Positions 29,765 to 36,774 of a stretch of 64,000 nucleotides of DNA are shown here, in pieces. The notes under the pieces were generated by a model that saw nothing but the letters and a program-made list of their open reading frames with translations, was not told the origin of the DNA and made no database searches. Source of the DNA: Candidatus Omnitrophota bacterium. GTDB lineage: Bacteria; Omnitrophota; Gorgyraeia; Gygaellales; Profunditerraquicolaceae. The stretch's first letter is position 1, and each line of letters begins with the position of its first letter. Position numbers and translations under genes: made by a program. The stretch lies in contig JAQUQW010000003.1 of assembly GCA_028716245.1 (NCBI GenBank), forward strand, positions 20,638 to 84,637, in the 5' to 3' direction.

Positions 29765-31960
29765 CTATTTAATGAACAGCATTTCGCGATACTTAGGCAA
29801 ATCCCAGGCATCATCGGAAACTACGCATTCCAGCTGGTCAACATGCTTTCGAATATGCTCCATCAAAGGTTTAAGCTCATCAAAATAAAGCTTGGCGCGT
29901 TTTTCATTGCTTAGCTTCCTAGCATCCTCAAGCAGCTTAACCATTTCACCAACATTTCTGCGCACATAATATATCTTAGCGACTATTTCAGCCAAATGTT
30001 CTTTTTTGTCTTTTAATGCCGCGATATCTACTTTTAAGCCGGCATCTTTCTGCAACTTGACCAACGCGTCCAGGTTTGCCGCCAACAATTTTTCATATTC
30101 ATAGCCTGCCGGCACTACCGAAGCATTAACCATTTCGTTTAAGGTATTGGCCTCGATTTCAAGAATCAAGTTATACATATGGACCCAGATATGGTAACGG
30201 GCAATCAACTCTTCTTTAGAGAAGACTTTGTACTTCTCAAAAAGGGCAATATTCTCTTTTTTGGTTAAAGCTTCCAGGGATTCATAAGTTGAAGCGATAT
30301 TCGGTAACCCTCGCTTCTTGGCTTCTTTAATCCATTCTTCCGCGTAGTTATTTCCTTCAAAGCGGATATCTTTGGTTTCTTTAACAATCTTGGAAATTAC
30401 CATTAACACCGCGGAATTAAAATCCTTTCCCGTAGATTTGGCCCGCTTGATCTGTTCAGCGACATAATCAAGGCTTTCAGCAATGATGGTATTGATTACC
30501 GCAATGGGTGTGGAGATATTCTGCGATGAACCGACGGCACGGAATTCAAACTTTGCGCCGGTAAAAGCAAAAGGCGAAGTACGGTTACGGTCAGTTGAGT
30601 CCTTGTTGAATTTAGGCAAGCGGGCTATGCCTAAATCAATAATATCAGCTTTAGAAACTTTAGACTTAACCCCTTTTTCAATCATATTTAAAATAGAGGT
30701 TAACTGCTCCCCTAAGAATACACTAATAATCGCCGGAGGGGCTTCATTAGCGCCTAAGCGGTGCTCGTTGCCGGCAAGGGCAACTGAAGCGCGCAATAAA
30801 TCGGCGTGCAGATAAACCGCCCTTAAAACCGCGGCTAGGACGGCTAAAAATTGTAAATTATCTTCCGGAGTCTGTCCCGGATTAAGTAAATTATCGCCTT
30901 TATCATCTGCCAGCGACCAGTTTAAATGCTTGCCGCTGCCGTTGATTCCGGCAAAAGGTTTCTCATGCAATAAACAAACCAGGCCATGGCGTAAAGCAAC
31001 TTTTTTCATCAATTCCATAAGCAACTGATTGTGATCGGCGGCAATATTTGATTCTTCAAATATCGGAGCAAATTCATACTGATGCGGGGCAACTTCATTG
31101 TGCCGGGTCATTACCGGTATACCCAATTTATAAGCCTCTTCAGCCACCTCAAACATAAAATTAACCACCCGCTCTTTAATCGTGCCGAAATACTGATCCT
31201 CTAACTGCTGGCCTTTAGGAGATGGCGCTCCAACCAGGGTCCGGCCGGTCATGATCAAATCCTGGCGTAAATTGTAATAGTTCTTATCGATCAGGAAATA
31301 TTCCTGCTCCGGCCCGCAGGTAGAAAATATCTTTTTTACATCTTTATGGCCGAAAAGTTTAATCAGGCCTAAAGCGGCATTGTTTAACGCTTCATCCGAA
31401 CGTAAAAGCGGCAGCTTCTTATCCAGGGCTTCTCCATGGTAAGAAATGAATATCGTGGGAATACAGAGAGTCTTACCGAGCTTGCTTTCAATAATAAATG
31501 CCGGGCTGGAAGGATCCCAAGCAGTATAACCTCTGGCTTCAAAGGTTGCCCGGATTCCTCCTGATGGAAAACTGGAGGCATCCGGTTCACCCTGGATTAA
31601 TTTATTCCCCGAGAATTTTTCGATTACTTTTCCCGGAGCGGTTATCGAAATAAAACTGTCATGCTTTTCCGCGGTAAGCCCGGTCATCGGCTGAAACCAG
31701 TGCGTATAATAAGTAGCGCCTTTTGCCATTGCCCAGTCTTTCATCGCGTTAGCAATCTCATTTGCCTGCGCTAAAGTTATGGTTTTACCTTCGGACATCC
31801 AGGTCTTGAATGCCTCAAAAGTACCTTTGGAAATATGCTTTTGCATGGTCTCGGTGCTGAAGGTATTCACACCGAAATAAGAAGAAACTTTTTTAGGAGA
31901 ATCTATTTTCTCTAATTCGGTACTTTTAATTTTAAATAAAACTTTCTGTCTTATACTCAT
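29765..31960 (-). CDS. glnN: glutamine synthetase type III
   Basis: 731 aa; GSIII-type N-terminal extension and catalytic domain; AGGAGG SD 6 nt upstream. Confidence 0.9.
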   Translation of the reverse strand: MSIRQKVLFKIKSTELEKIDSPKKVSSYFGVNTFSTETMQKHISKGTFEAFKTWMSEGKTITLAQANEIANAMKDWAMAKGATYYTHWFQPMTGLTAEKHDSFISITAPGKVIEKFSGNKLIQGEPDASSFPSGGIRATFEARGYTAWDPSSPAFIIESKLGKTLCIPTIFISYHGEALDKKLPLLRSDEALNNAALGLIKLFGHKDVKKIFSTCGPEQEYFLIDKNYYNLRQDLIMTGRTLVGAPSPKGQQLEDQYFGTIKERVVNFMFEVAEEAYKLGIPVMTRHNEVAPHQYEFAPIFEESNIAADHNQLLMELMKKVALRHGLVCLLHEKPFAGINGSGKHLNWSLADDKGDNLLNPGQTPEDNLQFLAVLAAVLRAVYLHADLLRASVALAGNEHRLGANEAPPAIISVFLGEQLTSILNMIEKGVKSKVSKADIIDLGIARLPKFNKDSTDRNRTSPFAFTGAKFEFRAVGSSQNISTPIAVINTIIAESLDYVAEQIKRAKSTGKDFNSAVLMVISKIVKETKDIRFEGNNYAEEWIKEAKKRGLPNIASTYESLEALTKKENIALFEKYKVFSKEELIARYHIWVHMYNLILEIEANTLNEMVNASVVPAGYEYEKLLAANLDALVKLQKDAGLKVDIAALKDKKEHLAEIVAKIYYVRRNVGEMVKLLEDARKLSNEKRAKLYFDELKPLMEHIRKHVDQLECVVSDDAWDLPKYREMLFIK

Positions 31961-31972
31961 TTCTTCCTCCTA

Positions 31973-32018
31973 GCCCACAAGGGCACACCCGCGCAATTCC
32001 TTATAAGCGCGGGGTGTT
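31973..32018 (-). repeat. GC-rich hairpin element copy 1 (REP-like / candidate 5'-UTR RNA structure) directly upstream of glnN SD
   Basis: gcccacaagggcacacccgcgcaattccttataagcgcggggtgtt; 11-bp stem ACACCCGCGC/GCGCGGGGTGT plus small hairpin GCCC-ACAA-GGGC. Confidence 0.6.
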
Positions 32019-32104
32019 GCATGAAATAGTTAATTTATTCTACCACAATCAGTAAAAATTAAAAGAGGCATTCTTTAAGGTCCCAGAACGCCCCTGTTCT
32101 CTCT

Positions 32105-32145
32105 AAGTACAAGTAAAAAACTTGCGCTTCTGGTAACCTGTTTTC
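32105..32145 (-). promoter_or_regulatory. conserved promoter-region motif copy A (TACAAGTAAAAA-N10-TGGTAACC)
   Basis: One of 4 similar ~45-nt segments (others 34008..34050, 35993..36040, 44633..44680), each just after a minus-strand stop codon and 100-250 nt before the next start. Confidence 0.35.
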
Positions 32146-32487
32146 TTACCCAATAGCTATTGCCCCGCGTTCTTCAGTTCTTATACGCACACACTCCTTA
32201 AGATCCAAAACAAAGATCTTGCCATCCCCGGTTTCACCGGTCTTAGCCCCTTTAACAATGGCTTTGATTGTCGGCTCAAGATAATTATCATTTACGGCAA
32301 TTTCAAGACGAATTTTACGCAAAAGGTTTCCGGTTTCCCTGGCCCCCCGATAAACTTCCGTCACGCCTTTCTGCCGGCCATGGCCTAGGACCTCGCTTAC
32401 CGTAAGCAAATTCACCTGCGCTTTATACAACTCTTCTTTTACTTCCTCTAATTTATACGGTTGAATTATCGCAATGACTAATTTCAT
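32146..32487 (-). CDS. glnK: nitrogen regulatory protein P-II
   Basis: 113 aa MKLVIAIIQPYK...; T-loop ...GRQKGVTEVYRG (Tyr51). AGGAGG SD before ATG 32487. The ORF-track TTG extension to 32523 translates the repeat element and is rejected. Confidence 0.9.
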   Translation of the reverse strand: MKLVIAIIQPYKLEEVKEELYKAQVNLLTVSEVLGHGRQKGVTEVYRGARETGNLLRKIRLEIAVNDNYLEPTIKAIVKGAKTGETGDGKIFVLDLKECVRIRTEERGAIAIG

Positions 32488-32499
32488 GTATCCCTCCTT

Positions 32500-32545
32500 G
32501 CCCACAAGGGCACACCCGCGCAATTCCTTATAAGCGCGGGGTGTT
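32500..32545 (-). repeat. GC-rich hairpin element copy 2 in amt-glnK intergenic region
   Basis: Identical to copy 1 over 45 nt; abuts the amt stop codon and the glnK SD. Confidence 0.6.
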
Positions 32546-33770
32546 ATTCTAAAATTGTATATGCGCGTTCACGATGCTGGGTAAGGTCAAGGCCAACCAG
32601 CTCATCCTTTTCGCTTACCCGCATCCTAAAGAAGACATCTACCAGTTTGTAAATAACGAAAGTGGCAAAGAAAGTGTAACTAACCGCAACCACAACCGCA
32701 ACTAATTGTATCAGCAGCTGTTTAGAATTACCATAGAATAATCCATTTGCGCCGGCCGGGTTAATTATCTTAGAAGCCAATACCCCTGTCAAAAGCGTGC
32801 CAAGTATCCCTCCGACGCCATGCACGCCAAAAGCATCCAAAGAATCATCATAACCAAACCGCGGTTTGGTTACGGCAACCGCGATAAAACAAATTATGCT
32901 GGCGGCAATCCCGATAATAATGGCTGAAATCGGGCTGACAAATCCTGAGGCAGGAGTAACAGTAGCAAGTCCTGCAATTGAACCGGTTACGATTCCAAAT
33001 ACCGTGGGCTTGCCATTACGGATCCACTCCAAAAATGCCCAGCTTAAACCCGCTGCTGCTGCGGCAGTATTGGTAGCAATAAAAGCGCTTACGGCAACTC
33101 CATTTACCGCTAAAGCGCTTCCGGCATTAAAACCATACCAGCCAAACCATAAAAGCGCAGTCCCCAAAACTACAAAAGGAAGATTATGCGGCGATGGCGT
33201 ATGCTCCAGGTTTTTTCGCTTACCGATAACAATCGTCGTAACTAAAGCGGCGATGCCTGCGCTGGTATGCACGACAATTCCTCCGGCAAAATCCAAGACA
33301 CCCAGGTTCCTGAGCCATCCGCCAACTCCCCAAACCCAGTGGCACAAAGGATCATAAACAAATGTTGCCCAGAGCAAAGTGAAAACTAAAAATGCCGAAA
33401 ACTTCATCCGCTCGGCAAAAGCGCCGATAATTAAAGCCGGAGTAATCACGGCAAACATCATCTGAAAAACCATAAATGCCTGATGCGGGATAGTCGCGGA
33501 ATAACCCGCGTAAGGAGTCGCCCCCACTCCGTTTAAGCCAAACCAACTAAGCCCTCCCCAAAATCCGTTGCCCGGGGCAAATGCAAGGCTGTAACCAAAA
33601 AGTATCCATTGCAAAGATAATAAACATAAGGCCACAAAACATTGCATTAAGACACTTAAGATATTCTTGCGCCTGACCATGCCGCCGTAGAAAAAAGCCA
33701 GGCCGGGGGTCATCAACATTACAAAGGCCGCCGACATCAAAACGAATAACGTATCTGCTTGATTAATCAT
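32544..33770 (-). CDS. amt: ammonium transporter Amt
   Basis: ~408 aa, 11 TM, Amt signature regions; GGGAGGTGAG SD favours ATG at 33770 (the ORF-track start 33782 lies within the SD). Confidence 0.9.
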   Translation of the reverse strand: MINQADTLFVLMSAAFVMLMTPGLAFFYGGMVRRKNILSVLMQCFVALCLLSLQWILFGYSLAFAPGNGFWGGLSWFGLNGVGATPYAGYSATIPHQAFMVFQMMFAVITPALIIGAFAERMKFSAFLVFTLLWATFVYDPLCHWVWGVGGWLRNLGVLDFAGGIVVHTSAGIAALVTTIVIGKRKNLEHTPSPHNLPFVVLGTALLWFGWYGFNAGSALAVNGVAVSAFIATNTAAAAAGLSWAFLEWIRNGKPTVFGIVTGSIAGLATVTPASGFVSPISAIIIGIAASIICFIAVAVTKPRFGYDDSLDAFGVHGVGGILGTLLTGVLASKIINPAGANGLFYGNSKQLLIQLVAVVVAVSYTFFATFVIYKLVDVFFRMRVSEKDELVGLDLTQHRERAYTILE

Positions 33771-33821
33771 CTCACCTCCCATAAATAGTTCTTTCTCTTA
33801 AGCCCCATTTCCCGATTAGCT

Positions 33822-33859
33822 TCGAAACAGTTTCCAAGTTGAAGCGGAAACTGTTTCGA
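33822..33859. repeat. perfect 14-bp inverted repeat (TCGAAACAGTTTCC-N10-GGAAACTGTTTCGA) ~50 nt upstream of amt
   Basis: Read directly from sequence. Confidence 0.5.
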
Positions 33860-33914
33860 TTAATTCCTCTTATACTACACAACTGGATAATCAACTGTGT
33901 AAAATTTGGGTAAA

Positions 33915-33960
33915 TAAAAAAGCGCCTTTACGGTTTTTTCTTAACCGTATTGGCGCCGAC
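33915..33960 (-). terminator. putative rho-independent terminator after second glnK
   Basis: Minus strand GGCGCCAAUACGG-loop-CCGUAAAGGCGC followed by UUUUUUAUUU. Confidence 0.35.
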
Positions 33961-34050
33961 ATTGCGCTATTCAATATAAACACTACAGCGTGCCTATATT
34001 AACTTATAATCATACAAGTAAACAATTGCTTGTTTTGGTAACTTAAATTT

Positions 34051-34392
34051 TTATCCTATCGCCGAGTTTCCCTGCTCTTCGGTGCGGATGCGGATACATT
34101 CCTTAAGATCCAGGATAAAGATTTTACCGTCGCCAGTTTCACCGGTCTTAGCCCCTTTAACAATAGCTTTGATTGTCTGGTCAAGGTAGTTATCATTCAC
34201 GGCAATCTCAAGACGAATTTTACGCAAAAGGTTTCCGGTTTCCTTCGAACCACGGTAAACTTCCGTCACGCCTTTCTGCCGGCCGTGCCCTAAAACTTCA
34301 CTTACGGTAATCAGGTTTACTTCCGCTTTATACAATTCTTCTTTTACTTCCTCTAATTTATACGGTTGAATTATCGCAATGACTAATTTCAT
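34051..34392 (-). CDS. glnK: nitrogen regulatory protein P-II (second copy)
   Basis: 113 aa, near-identical to the 32146 copy; Tyr51 present. Confidence 0.9.
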   Translation of the reverse strand: MKLVIAIIQPYKLEEVKEELYKAEVNLITVSEVLGHGRQKGVTEVYRGSKETGNLLRKIRLEIAVNDNYLDQTIKAIVKGAKTGETGDGKIFILDLKECIRIRTEEQGNSAIG

Positions 34393-34415
34393 AAAAACCT
34401 CCTTGTGAGAATCCA

Positions 34416-34457
34416 GGGGACGGTTCTGGAAAATCCAGAACCGTCCCCGTGTTTTTC
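34416..34457. repeat. perfect 12-bp hairpin GGGGACGGTTCTGG-AAAATCC-AGAACCGTCCCC with T-run, in amt-glnK intergenic region
   Basis: Read directly from sequence; occupies the same position as hairpin element copy 2 in the other amt-glnK pair. Confidence 0.5.
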
Positions 34458-34458
34458 G

Positions 34459-35688
34459 CTATTCTAATATGGTATACGCCCTCTCTCTATGCTGTGTCAG
34501 GTCAAGGCCCATAGCTTCTGACTTCTCATCCACCCTGACCCCGATAAAAATATCTACTAATTTGTAGATGATAAAGGTCATAACTCCCGTATAAACAACA
34601 GTTACCCCTACAGCTAAAAGCTGAACCAGGAACTGTTTGGGGTTACCAAAAAATACTCCGTTGGCACCGGCGGAATTAACCAGCTTGGAGGCAAATAACC
34701 CGGTAGCCAATGCCCCCCAAATTCCTCCGACACAATGCACGCCAAAAGCATCCAGCGAATCATCATAACCAAACAAAGGTTTGATTACGGTTACAGCGAT
34801 AAAACAAAATACACTTACCAATAAACCGATAATAATTGCCGGGATAACACTGACAAAACCCGCCGCTGGAGTAATCGCAACTAATCCGGCAACCGCGCCC
34901 GAACAAAGGCCGAAGATAGTCGGTTTACCATTACGGATCCACTCAATCAAAGCCCAACTTAAACCCGCGGCCGCCGCGGCAGTGTTGGTCACGACAAAAG
35001 CGTTTACCGCCAGGCCATTTGCCGCTAAAGCGCTTCCGGCATTAAAACCAAACCAGCCAAACCATAAAAGCGCCGTGCCTAAGACCACAAAAGGCATATT
35101 ATGCGGTGTAGGTACATTTTTCTCCAGGTTATTTCTTTTACCTAACACAATTGCCGTCACTAAAGCAGCGATACCGGCGTTGATGTGCACGACAGTGCCT
35201 CCGGCAAAATCCAAAGCTCCCAAATTCCTCAGCCATCCACCTATTCCCCAAACCCAGTGGCATAGAGGATTATAAACAAAGGTTGCCCAAAGCAGGGTAA
35301 AAATTAAAAAAGCCGAAAACTTCATCCTCTCGGCAAACGCACCGATGATTAAAGCCGGAGTGATTATCGCGAACATCGCCTGAAAGATCATAAAGGCCTG
35401 ATGCGGAATCGTTCCGGAGTAGTCCGCATAAGGCTCTAAACCTACTCCATTTAAACCCAGCCATTGCAGCCCTCCCCAGAATCCATTTCCCGGGTGAAAA
35501 GATAAACTATAACCCACCAAAACCCATTGCAGGCTTAAAACACACATAATGATAAAACATTGCATCAAAACACTTAACACATTCTTGCGCCTGACCATGC
35601 CGCCGTAGAAAAAAGCCAGGCCGGGAGTCATCAATAAAACCAGCGCTGATGAAATCAAAACCCACGCCGTATCGCCTGAATTAATCAT
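34459..35688 (-). CDS. amt: ammonium transporter Amt (second copy)
   Basis: 409 aa, paralogous to the 32544 copy. Confidence 0.9.
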   Translation of the reverse strand: MINSGDTAWVLISSALVLLMTPGLAFFYGGMVRRKNVLSVLMQCFIIMCVLSLQWVLVGYSLSFHPGNGFWGGLQWLGLNGVGLEPYADYSGTIPHQAFMIFQAMFAIITPALIIGAFAERMKFSAFLIFTLLWATFVYNPLCHWVWGIGGWLRNLGALDFAGGTVVHINAGIAALVTAIVLGKRNNLEKNVPTPHNMPFVVLGTALLWFGWFGFNAGSALAANGLAVNAFVVTNTAAAAAGLSWALIEWIRNGKPTIFGLCSGAVAGLVAITPAAGFVSVIPAIIIGLLVSVFCFIAVTVIKPLFGYDDSLDAFGVHCVGGIWGALATGLFASKLVNSAGANGVFFGNPKQFLVQLLAVGVTVVYTGVMTFIIYKLVDIFIGVRVDEKSEAMGLDLTQHRERAYTILE

Positions 35689-35708
35689 CTTGCTCTCCTT
35701 TTCTTATA

Positions 35709-35888
35709 TTAATCTATTCTTAATTTATCCTTCACCATCTGCGCGTAAACTTTATTGATGCGCTTGGTCTTAAACCAGCGCTCAATTGTAGTCACCTGAA
35801 TATCCAGCTTTTTGGATAAATCATACAAGGTATAGCTTCTTTCTTCTTTTAGCTGGATCAATTTATCGATCAATTTTCCGTCAATCAT
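35709..35888 (-). CDS. small HTH protein (59 aa) preceding amt-glnK
   Basis: ORF-track call 35709..35981. Paralog alignment (40300..40479) supports a start at MIDGKLIDKLIQLKEERSYTLYDLSKKLDIQVTTIERWF..., giving 59 aa. Confidence 0.45.
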   Translation of the reverse strand: MIDGKLIDKLIQLKEERSYTLYDLSKKLDIQVTTIERWFKTKRINKVYAQMVKDKLRID

Positions 35889-36032
35889 GGAAATTACATA
35901 TGCATTTGATAAAACAAATGTGCAAAAAAAGTTAATAAAAAAGCGCTCTATTTTCATAGAACGCCTATGTTTAAGTCTCACACTTCAATGTGTCTTACAT
36001 TACTACAAGTAAAAAATACTTAAATCTGGTAA

Positions 36033-36557
36033 CTAAATTTTATCTAAATGTTTTTGGGATTTAGCCCTGATCTTGCGCATCAGCTTAACCACGCTGACAT
36101 GGGATATCCCCATACGCTTGCCTATATCTCTGGTAGTCAGGCCCTGGCTAAAATAATCAAGCAGCCTTTTCTCTTTCGGGTTAAAACCATTATCCCGGAT
36201 GCTTTGCGCTAAAAACTTATTGTGTAAATCCTGCCGGCAATCCGGACAAGACCAATATTTCCCCAATACCTCTTCTACGGTTGCCTCATTATTGGTATTC
36301 AAAGAAGCATCCATACTAATAATATTGGAACGCTCATTTACTTTACGGATATAGTTCCTCAAGTGGAAATAACATCCCTGCAAGATATAGCTGTCGGTCT
36401 TATCGCTAAGCTTGCCTTTTAGAAAATTACTCCAAAGGTGGATTGAGGCCTCCTGATACAGATCCTCATGGCTAAACGAACGATAGCGTCCGTTTAACTT
36501 ATAGGCAATCCGCTTAATGGTTGGCGACAGTTTCCGGTGCAACTCCTCAAAACCCAT
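36033..36557 (-). CDS. sigma-70 family (ECF-like) sigma factor
   Basis: Region 2-like DLYQEASIHLWSNF and region 4 HTH LTTRDIGKRMGISHVSVVKLMRKIRAK. Confidence 0.7.
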   Translation of the reverse strand: MGFEELHRKLSPTIKRIAYKLNGRYRSFSHEDLYQEASIHLWSNFLKGKLSDKTDSYILQGCYFHLRNYIRKVNERSNIISMDASLNTNNEATVEEVLGKYWSCPDCRQDLHNKFLAQSIRDNGFNPKEKRLLDYFSQGLTTRDIGKRMGISHVSVVKLMRKIRAKSQKHLDKI

Positions 36558-36604
36558 AGTTTACTCCCTTGTTAAAACAAAAACGTCCTTTGGTCCCATA
36601 TGGG

Positions 36605-36650
36605 TACACCCCGCGCTTATAATGTATTGCGCGGGTGTGCCCTGGTGGGC
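36605..36650 (+). repeat. GC-rich hairpin element copy 3, inverted orientation, between sigma-factor gene and P-type ATPase gene
   Basis: tacaccccgcgcttataatgtattgcgcgggtgtgccctggtgggc = reverse complement form of copies 1/2; preceded by CCCATATGGG palindrome. Confidence 0.55.
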
Positions 36651-36774
36651 AAAGGACGCCTTAGTCCTGACAAAATAAAAAAGCCTTCCGGCAAACCTTT
36701 CTCGCCAGAAGACTTCTGTGTCTTTTGCTACAACGCTGTAATCTATTTAAAGTTTAACACATTTCAGGGATTTG

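Noticed and set aside
31973-32018. Glutamine riboswitch (glnA RNA motif) or ANTAR dual-hairpin target as identity of the hairpin element
   Set aside because: The structure (one 11-bp stem with a 12-nt loop plus a tetraloop hairpin) does not resemble either. It also occurs before pstB and lrp, not only nitrogen genes.
31961-32145. Sigma54 (-24 GG / -12 GC) promoters upstream of glnN, amt and glnK
   Set aside because: Checked the candidate GG...GC pairs in the conserved motif; spacings were 8, 9, 11 or 12 nt, never the required 10, and not consistent between copies.
32488-32523. TTG-initiated extension MRGCALVGKEGY on P-II gene
   Set aside because: It is a translation of the GC-rich hairpin element. 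The same RGCALVGK peptide appears in the unrelated ORF 36600..36782, and the true ATG at 32487 has an AGGAGG SD.
33771-33782. Extension MGGE on amt
   Set aside because: These codons are the GGGAGGTGAG Shine-Dalgarno.
32866-35275. Similar 163/164-aa plus-strand ORFs (32866..33357, 34781..35275) and 64-aa minus ORFs inside the two amt genes
   Set aside because: Antisense/alternate-frame shadows. Their mutual similarity simply mirrors the paralogy of the two amt genes.
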